A DNA stretch of 64,000 bases from Rhizophagus irregularis (Eukaryota): the NCBI RefSeq assembly GCF_026210795.1, contig NC_089431.1, forward strand, positions 124,001-188,000. The letters are read 5' to 3'. Below the pieces are notes generated by a model. That model did not search any database, had not been told where the DNA came from, and saw only the letters and a list, made by a program, of their open reading frames with translations. Made by a program: the position numbers and the translations under genes. Below, in pieces: positions 27,803 through 42,100 of this stretch; position 1 is the first letter of the stretch; each line of letters opens with the position of its first letter.

Positions 27803-30526
27803 TTATAAATTAGGTAATTTTGATAAAGTTTTTCTTCTAAGAAGAGGTGATACGGGACGTTTAGTTAACCATTCACGTTTTTCCATTGAATCTGATAATC
27901 TTTTTCTTTCATCAGCACTCAAATGATCATTAATATCAGGTTTATTCCAAGAAGCTTTAGCGGCTGCTGCTGCTATAGGACTTATTACAGTAGTAGTAGT
28001 TGATACTGTAGTACTAGCAGTATATGTGGTTGAGGTAGTTACTATTGTAGTAGAAGTTGCATCAGATGCTTCTCTACTAACACTCGCACTACTATGATTT
28101 CTTTTTGTCATAATTGTTCGATGTGATCCATCAGAATTTTCTTCAGCAATTAATCCCATTGAACTTTCAAATGATTTTTGATGTTTAATATGACCTGAAA
28201 TTCTTCTTACACCTAAATTACTTGAAGAATCATTACCATTAATACTAGTATTCGTTCCTACACTTATTCTTATACTACTACCACTTTTACTTATTCTTTT
28301 TATTCCCGTATTTTCTCCGCTAATTCGTTTACCATTATTAACATTATTAAAAACAGTACTATTTAAATCAATTTCATCACTAGTTTGTTCATCCGAAAAT
28401 ATGAATACAGGTCTTTTAATAGAATTTCTACTATAATAATCATTTTTTGGTGTTAAAAAGGATGGATATATTGAATTACCCTCTTCGATATTTGAATTTT
28501 CTCCAAAATTAATAGGTGATAAAATTTGTGAACTAGATCTTGTTAAAGATCTTCTTGAATTTAACCTTTTATACGCTTCATTACGATTTATTTCAATACT
28601 AGACTTATTTTGTAAAATATTATTTGTCATTGAATTCATTGCAGCTGCATTCAATCCATTTGAATTAGAATGATTAAAATAATCATTATTATTTGTATTT
28701 GTTGATGCCATTGTGGTTGTGGTCATATTTGTGTTTGTATTTGTTACTGGTGGAGTTGAAGAAACAAATGGTGACGTTAATGGGGTCGAAGTAGTTGTTA
28801 ACGTGCCACCACCACCACCTCCTATTAAAGATTCATCATCACGTGAAAAATCATCCATCCTTCTTTTATCATCTTTCCTTGCTGCATTCGCTAATGCAAA
28901 TCTACTCGTCATTGATGTGTTTGAGTGTTCTGTTTTCGGTTTTATTGCTCTAAAAAAATTAATTTTAATAAATGATTATTGTTGTTGTTGTTAAGAATTA
29001 ATTGTGATGAGCGTGATAAATAAACTTACTTGTATATGAAAAAAAATTGAACCAAATTTTGTAATATTGGTATTGTAAAATTCCATACGATTACATATGT
29101 AATATTCGTATTATAATTAAATAATGTACTTGATAGGTGAAAATAACCATAAGTAAATGACATTATTAAAAATATTGTCATAATAATTACTAATGAAGAA
29201 ATTGCCAAACACAACTAGAAAAGAAAGAAGTAATGAAATTTTGAAATTTTTGAAATTTTCGTTAGAAAAAAAAATTTAAAAAAAAAGTAAAAAAAAAATT
29301 TTTTTTAAATATTTAAAATCACTTACATAAATTGCAGCACGTCTTAAAGTAGAAACAGTCCATTGCATATCAGAAGTACCACTAACAATTTCTTTACGTT
29401 TTAATGCTTTAATATGATTCCATATAATAATAAATAATTTATACCAATTATAAATCAAACTTATTAAAAAGATCATCACCCATATTACCCAAACTAAATT
29501 ATGTATTCTACGAGTTGAATTCGCTTTATCTAAATCATTAATATCTACATAATGTCCTGTTATCCATGCGAGTGGTAATAATGTTGATATTGGCGATATT
29601 AATAATAAAAAACCTATTATATCTGCTATATATCTATTTGGTGAACTTTTATTATTACTATTATTTGTAAGTTCATTTTTTGATTCTTTTGTTGGAGTTG
29701 TATAAGCTAATAAGAAAAAGAGAGAGAGAGAAGAGATTATAAGAGATTATGAGATTGGGAGAGATTAAAAAAAAATTTTTTAATATAACTTACTTATGCT
29801 TATAGGATATATTAACGCTAATCCAATGGCTAATTCTCTACTTAAATCTTGAACAACTTGATCGATCAAAAAAAAAAAAAAATTTAATTAATTAATTAAA
29901 TAATATTTTTTTTTATTTAAAATTATTGAATTGATATAAATAACACTCACTTTCTGCCATAGTAAAATTTGGATACGCATCAAATAATACCATTAATATA
30001 TGAATCACGTGAACTACAAAAAAATAAATAAATCGAAAATGATTGATTAGTTACTGCGCCTTACGAATTTACGACACCATCCACACTTTTTCACACTTTT
30101 TACACACACTTTCTATATTTTCCATACTTTCCAGATTTTCCAATTTCACTTACATAAATTAAATATTATTGTAGTGGTATGAATAACTTCTTGAGGTTTA
30201 GGTCTTAAATAACCTCTTTCTCTTGTTGAAGATAACCAAAAGGATTGTTTTAATATACAATTTCTATAATATAAAAATCCTATCGCTATCATCATAATTA
30301 TTATACAATATGGTACTAATATCCAATGTAATGTTCTTAATAAATTTTCTTCTTCACATCCACTAAAATTTATTCTAAAATCACAAACACATCTTGTTAT
30401 AACATTTGATAAATTTACTGCTGATGATGATGGTGATATTAATATATTGTTCGTTAAATTTTTCGTTTCTTCGGGTATCGTAAAGTTTTTACAGATTAAA
30501 GAATACCCGCTTTCTAAAAGGACCAT
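27803..30526 (-). CDS. 7-transmembrane GPCR-like protein with Cys-rich N-terminus and long S/T/N-rich cytoplasmic tail (only intact copy, D)
   Basis: Six coding exons splice in frame (exon 1 30154-30526, exon 2 29951-30013, etc.). N-terminal CVCDFR..GCEE followed by seven hydrophobic segments (LHWILVPYCIIIMM; TIIFNLFHVIHILMVLF; LAIGLALIYPISI; IIGFLLLISPISTLLPLAW; LVWVIWVMIFLISLIY; LCLAISSLVIIMTIFLIM; VIVWNFTIPILQNLVQFFFIY) and a ~380-aa low-complexity tail. Confidence 0.8.
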
Positions 30527-33500
30527 CTCTGTTTAAATAATAATAAATTTTTTTTAGGGAAATAATTTATTATATATATATATATAAGTATTAAATATAA
30601 GTAAATTAAATAATAATAGACAAATTTAAAATACAAGAAAAAAAAACGAAGAAAATTCGGATATTAGGAGAAAAAAAAATAAAAATAATATATCTACCTT
30701 TATTATGCTTAATGCAAAAGCAAAATGTGGTGGAATGATTTGAATGGGCAGTAAACGGTAATTCGTAAACGATGATATAAAAGGGATGTAGCACATAAAG
30801 TATATTCTTCAAATTATCGCGAGGATATTATTACGAAATTATTGTAAACATCAATTAAGTTTGAAAAGAAGTCAAATTATAACGTTTTAGGTATAATTTA
30901 TAGGACCTAAAATTTATATTAACATTTATTTATTTATGAGGAAAAAAAAAAAAAAATGAAAAAATAAATGTACGATGCAAAAAGAATGTATTTATTAAAA
31001 ATAAATAAAAAAAAAGGAGAGTAAAGAAGATAGATGTAATTTGAACAAAAATAATCGTTCAAATGAGGAAAATAAAAAAAAAAGTTTGATATATGCGGTT
31101 TTTTTTGTGTTAGTATAAATCTTAAGGGGAATCATTCCATCATCATTATCTGATGAACACTAATATTATTGATTTAAGGTGAAAGTTTATTCGGTTATTA
31201 TAAATTATCGTTAATAATTTCAATGTATAACAAATATATAATTCGCAGTTACTTAATAAAAAGTTACATTATTGTTTATTACTCCGAATTTGTTTAAAAA
31301 AAACAAACATGTTTTATGATGTTATCATGTGGTGATTAATTTTGTATAAACTCTTGTTTTTATATAGTGTAATTTTGCATATAGTATAGTGTAATTTTAT
31401 TATTATTTTTTTTTTATTTTCCAACTTTCAAAATTCAAACTTCTTCGCCCCTTATTTTTCCGAAATTAAACCAATCTTATATAGATACAAGTTTATTAAT
31501 CACGTTTTGTTATACAACATAATATAAATTAGCAGATTGTCGCTTTTCCCGCACTTTTTTTTTCTTTAAAAAAAAAAGAAAAAGATTGTCACAAATAAAA
31601 ATATAATCAGATATAATTTAAGTTTTATTTGTGTTCAAACTAATTAATTTTTGGTAACACAGAACAAAAGTTACACAGGATAGAATAATACTTAACTTTT
31701 TAGATTATTTTTGAATGAAACTAAATATATGGTTAATGTACTTTTTTTGGGTCATTTGTTTCATTTTAAGAGGATCGAAATACAGGTAATAATTTCATGG
31801 GAGAAAAATTTTAGATTTGGTGATTTGTTGTACCATAATCTTTTTCTATTCACTCATTTAACTATATTTAGAACATGTAAAGAAAACTAGACCCTTCGGA
31901 TAATGTGTTAAATAGGTTTAGCAAAAGAAAATAAAACCGACCCTGCATATCATTTATATCATTATATCATTATATAATTATTTTTTACCGCAGGTTTTTA
32001 CGTTTTTTTTTTGACAATTTTTTTTTTGGCGTAAAAAAATAATGTGAAAATGTAAACATGGTAAAACATGATAAACGCACGTGATACGATATTAACCAAT
32101 TTGGATTTTTTATTTTAGAAAGAAAAAAAATAAATATAAAAAAATTAAAAAATAAATAAATAAATAAATAGAAAAAAAATCGAAAAATCGAAATTAAAAA
32201 TAAAACCGTTGTGATTATTTGATTGTTTTATTACTTTTTACTCCTTTTATTCATAATCTCACCCCTTTATTACACAAAAAAAAAAAAAAAAAAAAGAAAA
32301 ATCATTCTAAAAAAAAATTTAATTAACTTCTCTTTTTAATCAAACAATTGTTCATTTTAATAAGAATTCGAATTTTTTTTTTTTAAAAAAAATTGTTTCA
32401 GAATATTATTATTATTATTATTATTCAAAATTTATATTAAGTTTTAACTTATTTTGTAAATAACTTTTTTTTTAAAAAAAAAATAAATAAAATGATTCAA
32501 TGATCAAAAAAAAAGAATTAAAGAATCTTCGAATTTGAGAAATCCTTTGATATTCAGAATATGAACCAAATTTATCGTAATTTTTCCGAAAAATTATTAT
32601 TATTTGATCATTTATTTGTAAATGATATTTGAACATCCTTACACCCTTTATTTTTTATTTTTTTTTTTAACCAAAAATTTTTTAATTTAATTTATCCGTG
32701 ATTAGATCAAAAGAAAAAAAATATTTTAAGAAATTGAACTCCGCATAATTTCGTAATTTCATGAAAAAAAAAATTTAACAACGTTTCAGAATATTCAAGT
32801 TTTTACGATATGGAATAACTTCAATTTTACTCGTTATGGTAATATTAGACACTAAGCCACTGAAGAAAATCCACCATTTACAATTATAATTATTCATACA
32901 CGAAATGCCAAGAGCTTCTTTCTTTCAAAAAAAAATGACAAAATGATTATCAAAAAAAAAAACGATATAATTTTCATTGGTTATGAAACATGTATAATTA
33001 ATTCAAATAATTGGGATATTTGGGCGTAATTAATAAATAAGTGTAGTTGTGCGCGCACGACGTTACATTTGGATTTACTGAAATGATTAAAATAATAATA
33101 ATAATAATACAATACTTTTTTACGCGGGAAAATAAAAATTTACAGTTGATCTTAACAAATTTGTTAATAAAGTTATTACTATGACAATTAGATAGGACCT
33201 CTAAAGCTGGTTATATCTATTTACATGATAGTTCAAATAAAAAACAAATTTATTTTTTTTTAGTGTCACCCTTAAGGGCTTGTGAATTTCACGACATATC
33301 TCGACATATTTACACATTGTTGAGTAACTAAATGTAATGTAAGTACGATATTTTAAATAATTTTTTTATTATCGGATAAATTTTCATTGGACAAATTATT
33401 TAATATGATATCCTTTTTTATATCAATTTAAAATACTTGATAATATTTTAATTGGTTCTTTTTAAAATTGTCGTTTGTATTTCATTTTTATCGAATGTTC

Positions 33501-36500
33501 TTAATTCAAATTAAAATAAATAATAAATTATTAATTTTTTGTTCATTTTAAAAATGATTTTAGACACAATGGCGTGGCGAAAAAAAAAAAAAAAAGATTT
33601 GGTCAAGAAAAATAAAAGGTGATTTACTGATGTACAGCAGGGTCTCAGGGAATAGCAAGATAATTATCAAATTGAATTTAAAAAACAATGGTTCTATGAA
33701 CTATAATATCTGTGTGTACAGTATTTTGAATGGTATCTAATCCATTCTTTATAATTTTTTTAGAATCCTCCAGTTAAATTTCTTAACAACAAATATTTAC
33801 CTGCAGGGGTTTATGCAAGATGATTATCTATTAAGCCCCTTGGTCATAAGATTGGTATTTGTGATATTTGTGATTTTGTGATTTTGTAAACCCTCCAAAA
33901 CCTTATTAAATTTATAGAAATTGATTCAATATTGACGTGATTCATCAAAAGTTTTTTAATGTATGACTTAATCGTACGTTTTATTTTGTATAGCCATACT
34001 TTTATGTAATCTTATACAGTGTTAAATTGTTAATCCGCTTCTGCGTGACTGAGTCAACAAAATACTACAGTTTCGTATTATTGAGAAAATTACAAAAAAA
34101 AAAATTATTTTAGAATTTTGAATCACAACTGGAATATTTAATTTTATAAACAAAAAAATTGAATTTTTTCAAATAATTTTAATGTTTCGTTCACAAAAAA
34201 AAAAATTACAAATTTTCAAATTTTTATTAAAAAAAATTCATTTCATAACATTCATTTCGAATTAAATTTACGTGAGTTTTATTTATCCTTAATTAAATAT
34301 AACATTTTTTATTCCTTCATATTATTATCGTTTTCAGAAATTATCGTTTTCAGAAATTATCATTTTCAGAAATTATATAATTTTCATGAAAAGTTATTAT
34401 TTACAACTTCATTTGTATTTAAAAAAGGCAATTTCATGGGAATTTTATTATTTATATCTTCCCAAAAGTAATCAAAATATTATGAAAATATTTGTTCAAT
34501 AATTACAATAATTTATAATTCTTGTAATATATTGGATTATTTGGAGAATCGAATGTTATAATACAAATTATAAAAGAATTAATAATAAGAAAGAATTTAA
34601 AGCGTATACATTAGTATCATGATAAAAGTAAAATAATAAGAAAAAAGTTTTTTGACAAAAAATCAGAGGTTAGTTTATCAACTATATCTATTTCTTTTCT
34701 ATGAACTTTAACAAAAAAAAAAAATCTTGTATTGTGGATATACCACAATATTCAGCGAATATGATCGTAATTATATAGTTATGGTCTTATGGATCATTTA
34801 GATGAACAAATCGAAAAGTTTTCAAAGTTTTCAAAGTTTTCGATCAGAAATTATGATTTTGATACATATGATATAAACCATATAAGTATATAACCACAAT
34901 AATCGCGTCCATTGCAGATAATTGCATCTACAGACAGATTCAGAGCATCTTTTACTCAACTTTATGATTTTATGATGTAGTATGTAATAATTCATGAAAC
35001 AACTTATTGTTTATTCGTTTCATCATTATTATTAGAAACATCAAAGGTTTTACCTTTGAGACGAAAATTATAATGGCTCGTCTTATGATGCACTTATTTG
35101 AAACATATAAATACTTTGTAGTAAGGAAACTGCAAAAAAGAAACCTTTAATATGTCAAAATATATCAAATATGTTTTCAAAATAAAATAGGTTTAGTATT
35201 AAACAATTTTTTCGTTTTTTAGCAGTTCCGTCTTTTTTACTGCAATAGACCCGATTATTATTATCGTGATATGAAACGTCTACTTTATATTTAATACATT
35301 GCATTCCGCTATTGCACGCTCTTTAAATGATGATCAAGAAACATGAAACGAAACTGATACGTTGGGTTATCAAAGGTAAGTTGTTTTTAGTAATGACATT
35401 TCTCTTTCTTCCCTTTTTTTTAAAAAAAAAAAAGAAAATAAATATTAACATTGTTCTTTTTTCTTTTTATTACAGATGCTATGATTAAAGTCAAATTTAG
35501 TCAAATTGCTCGTTTATCATACTTATTGTAAATCAATATGAAATCAATATGGACTTCAATCCCCGTTTTGGCAAAATATTCTAAGTATGGTTGATCGATG
35601 AATTTGACGAATCAAAATAATTAAAATAATTAGAAAAGATCAATAAAACATATATATTACATCACAAGTACAATCATTTTAATCATTTTGAATTTTTGAT
35701 GACTAAATAAATTATTACTATTAGTTTATAAATTAATTAAATTAACCCCATTTCAGAGGTTGTTGTTGACATCATAATCTTTTTTTGTGGAAAAATTTGT
35801 CGAATAAGATAGGGAGAAAAAATATATATATACTTTTATATTAAATGCAGGATTAAAGTAAGGTATTTTCACTTATTTGGTTAGTTTTGAAACCTGCTCA
35901 AATTATTCTCCAATGAAAATCATTAGTAATCAATTTATTTTTTTTTGATCTGCGTCGATTATCCTATCGTTTATATTTTTTAGTTGATCTGTTCCGTAAG
36001 GTTAAATTTGTGAATCAAATTCATTATAATGTTTGCATATTTTATTACTCGGTTAAAAATTATTTGCTAATTAGTTATTCAACCAGTTATATACGTACCT
36101 GGTTCTTTTAATGATGTTTTCTAAAATTTTATTAATTAACACAAGTTCATAAAAATTTTGATTGTTTATCTATTGAGAATTAAGTGGCCAGGATACAGGA
36201 ATCAGAGGAATCAAATAATTAAAAAAAGTTTACCCGATTAATCCACAAAAAAAATTCACATGTATTACCAATATATTTTAATTGGCTGTTCACCGAAAAT
36301 AGTAGGTTAGGTTAACTTACCCGTTGTTAATCTTTCGGAAAAATAAATAAATCTTAAATTATTAATCATATAATAACAAATCAAGTTTAAAAATGATGAT
36401 CAAATATATATCAGATATTCCCCCTTAATTTATTTCTTTTTAAGTGTTATAATAGTATAAATAATAAATCAATAATACTAAAAAAAAAACTAATATAATA

Positions 36501-36880
36501 ATAAATTAAAGTTATACTTGGGTTAATATATTTATCCCTTAGTATCTATCTTTAAAGAAAGGTCCATCCCTTTTCCCTATATTAAATAAGTTTATAAAAA
36601 AAAATATTAGTTTATGTTGTTTAATGTTTCATGTTAAATGTTAATTAATTGTCTTTTTTTTTTAAAAAAAAAAATATATATTATATATCGATTAAATTAG
36701 AAGGTATTTTCATTTATCCTTTATTTATCTTACATTTCATAATTTACAATTCATGTAATCTTTATTTAATAATAATTTTATCATTATTTATATTATTTAC
36801 TGGTAAAAAAATTTATATCAGGACAGTATTCATATAATTATTAAATAACTAACTATATAAATTAAATAAATATATTTGAC

Positions 36881-39800
36881 TCACCTCAAAGTCACTTTCA
36901 ATGTAATAACTTGGAATGGTTTGAAACTAATGATGGCTCCATCTTGATGATGATAATTAACAAGACAAGTATTGTCTTCTAAAATATTTGTTTCGTAAAT
37001 ATGTTCTAACGGAAGTGTGCTATATATTTTACAAATTTTTTTTTCAAGTTAGTAAGACTTTAATTACGCAATCTTTAACGCTTTAATTACGCACCTCGTT
37101 AATGTAGCTTTAGCATGACCTCCATAAGCTTCATATAATCTCAATATAATCTCATCAGAATCTTCTGCACGCTTGACAGTATCCAAAATAACATTTGGTG
37201 CATTAGAAATTGTAAAATATGATTTGGTATCATATGCTTGTGCAATTTCTTTAGATGTGGTTCTGTTAATATTAATAAAAATTAGTATAAATAATATAAT
37301 AAACAAAATAATGGAAATAAGCGTAAATTTACCTGATGATTAAAGGAACGTTAAATTGATACGCTTCTCTAACAACATTAGATTCCAAGAAAGAACAAGC
37401 ATGCGGAAGAATTGCATATTTAAACTTATGAGTTCCAATATCACAATGAGCATCTGGTGCCTAGATATTTCAAAATTTAAATTAGATCCCATTGTAACAA
37501 ATAAAAAAATGTATAAAATAAGTACAGACCTTTGGTGATCTTAATAGAGATAATCTCATCACGTTTCCATGAATTGCATATCCTTTAAAAATAAAAATAA
37601 AAATAAAAAATTATAATCATACGTTATTTTTGTATTCTTATAAAAAATAATTTTACTTGCCATATTTACAATCATTTAACAACGCTACACCGTATCCATA
37701 TTCAGATAAGTCAGCAAATTTGTGCCCACACACTTCGAATTTGGCCGAATCCCATGTGGTATTATAATGCGTAGGACGTTGTACAAATCCAAATTGAGTT
37801 TCATAAGTAGCCTATGAAAATTATTGATTTGAATATGATCAATTAAAGAGTCACTATAATATTAAAAAAAAAAGACCCCACTTACATAATCATTGTATAT
37901 ATCAAATGGAAATTCTACTTTCTGCAAAAGTTATGCAAATAAATAAGCAAATTAGAATTTTATTATGCACATAACTTACTGATTAATAACGAACAAAATT
38001 ACCAAGAATTGTCTATTTTCATCCCAATCTACTGTTGTATCAAAGTCAATTCTTCGTGAAACTGCCGTTAATGATATAACTTGACGTAATGTACTAGTTT
38101 TAGAAATTTTAGATTCAAGTAATAACGACGCTCGTAATGGCCCTGATTCAATTATCTAAAAAAACAAATTACATTAAATTAGAAAATTCAATAGTTTCAA
38201 TTATCGATAACACAAAATATAATACCTTAACAGTGCCAAGTCCCGCTTCATGTCCTTTTTGTAAGTGATAAATTTCAACTATTTGTTTCGATATAAAATG
38301 TTAATATATATTAATGAAAATGTAATAGCTTTCTTTAAAATCTTTTTAATTCACAAAGTACTTACCATCCCAGGCTATAGAAAAAAAAAGATTAAAAATA
38401 AAATTATAGTTAGATAATGATAAAAATAAACAAGAAAAATATTTTAAATATTATGTTACATACCATCCCAGTATAATGGCTAAACAAAAATAATTTACAA
38501 TTTCATTAAAGCTCATAAAAAAAAATAACAAAAAAACCAAAATTTTTCCTTCTTTTTATTACTTACTATATCTTCATAAATATTAAATTTATTTCCATGT
38601 TGTCCTTCGGGAATAAGTTCTCGACTAATTTAAAAATTATTATATAAATATGAAAAATATACGCATATTTATTGCTACACAAGTTAATTGATGCTTACTT
38701 TAACTTCAAATCAAGATCAACTAAGCTTACTAAACGTCCATGTTTATCAAATTTTGCAGAAATATATTTATTTTGCAAACAGAACAAATCATCGATAACA
38801 CAAGCTATGAAAACAATAAAATAAAATAAAGACGAATTGTCGTAAATAATTCATATAAATAAATAATAAACACGAACATACATACCAGTTACTTGCGTAA
38901 GATTAGTGGGAATTTCTAGATCAACTCCTTGTGCTCCAAGTCCAGTAACATCATTAACTATTTGTTGGATAAAGGATTAGTATTGTATTTCTAAAATATA
39001 AATAAAAAAAAAGTGAATCTAAGACAAACCTAAAACGAATCCGGATTTCTTGTCCTTTGACAGTTGTGGAAATTGGCCCATTCCCTCACATACAGGAACT
39101 TCGACAACTTCGGTCCTATTCCAACCAAGTGTATTTAAAGCCAATAGTCCTAAATAACCAATAATATGTACGTTAATACCAAATTAAAGATATAAGGTTA
39201 ATTAATTATTAACTACCTTTTTTAGCACTTTCAGCACTATCGGAAATTTTAAATAATTTATCAAGGGCTTTTTCGAGAAGGGTATTTCCAGTTTTTTCGA
39301 CTTCTTCATAAAACTACAAAAAATGTAGAAATAAGAATACTGACGGTATGTTTTGTTCAATGAAAAAGAATTTATACCTTATTAGCATCATCATAAACCA
39401 TTTCAATAGATGAACCTGGCAACACATCATGAAATTGGTTCCTATATAATTTGAATTTTAATAATAGATCCTTTATTTCATATGTATATACATAGTGTAA
39501 GTACTTACAATAAGACATATTTCCATAATTTATCTAATTCTTTCTTCGGATAATCAAAACTAAAAGATTTAAAGCAAAAGAATGTAAGAAATTCAACCTA
39601 TTCACAAATTCGAAGCAAGAAACGGAATAAAGTAAAGAAACAAATCAGATTTCAAATATATTTACGTGAAACCCTTATTTTCAGTTTGTGATTTAATAAA
39701 ATTGATCGTAGACAGTAACTCAACATCCCGTAAAAGAAGTTCAGATTTGCGATTATACCGTTTGATACGACCATGTGAAGTATATGTACCTCGGTGAAGT

Positions 39801-42100
39801 TCAAAATACTAAATATTTAAGAATAAATTAATCATATAAATAAAAAATATGAGGGATAATAAGAAATAAACATATATTACTTACTAACTCTCCCTTCCAG
39901 GTTACTAATTCTTTAGAATCTTTTTCAAGTCTTTCATAAAATTCTTCAGCACTTCCCATTTCAACTTTAGCCAACCCATCCTGATCGTTAGAAAAATCAA
40001 ATTAAAAAAAAAATGAAGATAAAAGAAAACCAAAAATATTAAACATTATATATTTACAATGTCTTTCATTCGATGTAAACGTTCGATCATAGAAGCAAGT
40101 GGACCACCACCACCATCCCCATTTCCGAAGACTAAAAGACTTTCGTTGCTATATTCTTTATCTTTGTGGTTTCTGACGCTATTTATAAGCTCTCCTACTT
40201 TGCATTGAGAAACATAGCTACCGGTTTACAGAAAAATTAGAATTTCTTTATTAAAAGAAAAAAAACAACAATAATGAATAACTTTACCTTTCAGCTGGAC
40301 ACATATGCGTTAGTACCTTACTTCCATCGATTCCAATCCAATAGAAAGTTGTGTTGGGAAACTATCAAATGAAAAAATATTATTCGAAAGATCTCAGCAA
40401 CTATAAAAGCGATGTTATTATCTTCCGAACCTTGTTTATATTATTCCATGATAACTTTTGAGTAAAAAAGTATTTAAGTCCAGCACCTTTTATGATTTGA
40501 GGCAACTGAGCAGAATAACCAAAGGTATCTGGAAGCCAAAATACTGAGCTCCTTTTCCCAAAATTATGCTCAAAATATCTTTGCCTAAAAATATAGGTAT
40601 GCAAATTAAAGATTGCGCAATTTAAATGAAATAATGATAATAATCATCAAATTAATTACCCATATAAAAACTGTCTGCAAAATGATTCACCGCTTGGAAG
40701 GTTACAATCCATTTCAACCCACGTCTATAATAAAAAGAAATTTAACGAATAATTCTTAAATTCTATTCTTTTTCCTATCAAAATTATATAATACATACTC
40801 CGCCAATTGGCAAGAATTGGCCTTTATCGGCCTTTTCTTTGACTTTCTCGAACAGCTGTGGATAATATTCTTGTAACCATTCAAACTGTTGAGCTTGAGA
40901 GCATACAAATTTAAAGTCTGGATATATATCCATCAATCCAACTTGAGTTGACCAGCTTCTAGCAACTTTACGTTTAGTTTCATCAAATGGCCTTTACATA
41001 ATTATAAAAATGTTAATTGTATCGTTTACTCGTTTACTTACTACAATTTTTTTTTTTACATCTCACTTACCATAACCAAGCGGTATCAATATGACAGTGT
41101 CCAACAGCGGTTAATTTATGTTGCGTACTTCCATTTTTGTTTTTCAAAAATTCTTGAGCAATTTTACGCCCTTCAATAACTGTCTTATTGTCTCCTGGTT
41201 TAAAAACATTGACTATATTATTAGCAATATAAAGTGCTTGAGCTGATCGTACGGTATCATTAGGAATTTCTTTAGCCGAATCAAGTATGATTTGAAAGTC
41301 ATAAAATAGACCCCATGCATCTTTATTAGGAACTACCAATTCCACTGTATTTAAACGAAATGTTCTGTTTGGATCTGGAGGATTTATCGTATTACTTCCA
41401 TTACCGAACATGCCTATAATAAGAACATTATAATAAGTATCAAATCCAATTTAAAATAAAAATAATAAATACAGTTTCATTACCGTTACAAGCCATTTCT
41501 AAATAAAACTCGAATTTTTCTCCACCCTTACAGTTACGCGTAAGAACATATTCTGCTCTACGATCATCCCCATCTAATTTACAAATGAAATATAAATTCG
41601 AGCTAAAAAATTTTGTTTGACCTAAACTACTTATCACTTACAGCCACCAGTGAGACCCTGAAGAGGAACTCCTTCTACAGTCCATATCATTCCTTCATTA
41701 TCAGCATCCCATAGAAACTGTACTTCTTCATTTTTCCAATACTCAGGAATTTTAACGGATATATGAAACCAGTGTGTTGACTAAAAGCAAAGCAAAGAAA
41801 CTACAATGAAAACGGTTACTGTTTCCCATTCAGCTATAATGTTCGTTTACATACCCAACTCGGACCAAAATGGTCGCCACGTTCAGCTTTTTTATATTCG
41901 CCTTTTACAGCTTCTTTAAAGGTGATACGTTTCAAATGTGGAACTGAATATACATGAAGTTTAATGTAATCCTTAGAATCTTCGCGATCCTTGTAAAGTT
42001 GTGAACGTAAGTTTACGTCCGAATAATAATTTCGCGAAATAAATTTTTCACAACGATCGACAGTAATGCCTCGAACTAGTCTCGTGTGGGGTAAAGTCAT
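36881..42100 (-). CDS. AMS1: Glycoside hydrolase family 38 alpha-mannosidase (Ams1/MAN2C1-like), many introns
   Basis: Diagnostic motifs [106 protein letters not shown]. The exact 3' end is uncertain because the TGA overlaps a possible GTGAGT donor. Confidence 0.95.

Larger units (their letters stand above)
5380..30830 (-). repeat. Tandem array of ~8-kb [7TM gene + kinase gene + spacer] units, left arm
   Basis: Kinase ATGs at 10168, 18166, 26471 (spacing 7998 and 8305). Spacer motifs recur collinearly, e.g. GTGACGTCA at ~6054/13842/22168 and CATACAATAAAGTCGCTC at ~6477/14081/22378. Confidence 0.9.

Noticed and set aside
28713..28994. Val/Pro-rich ORF (also 54391-54669)
   Set aside because: Antisense shadow of the Thr/Gly-rich 7TM tail.
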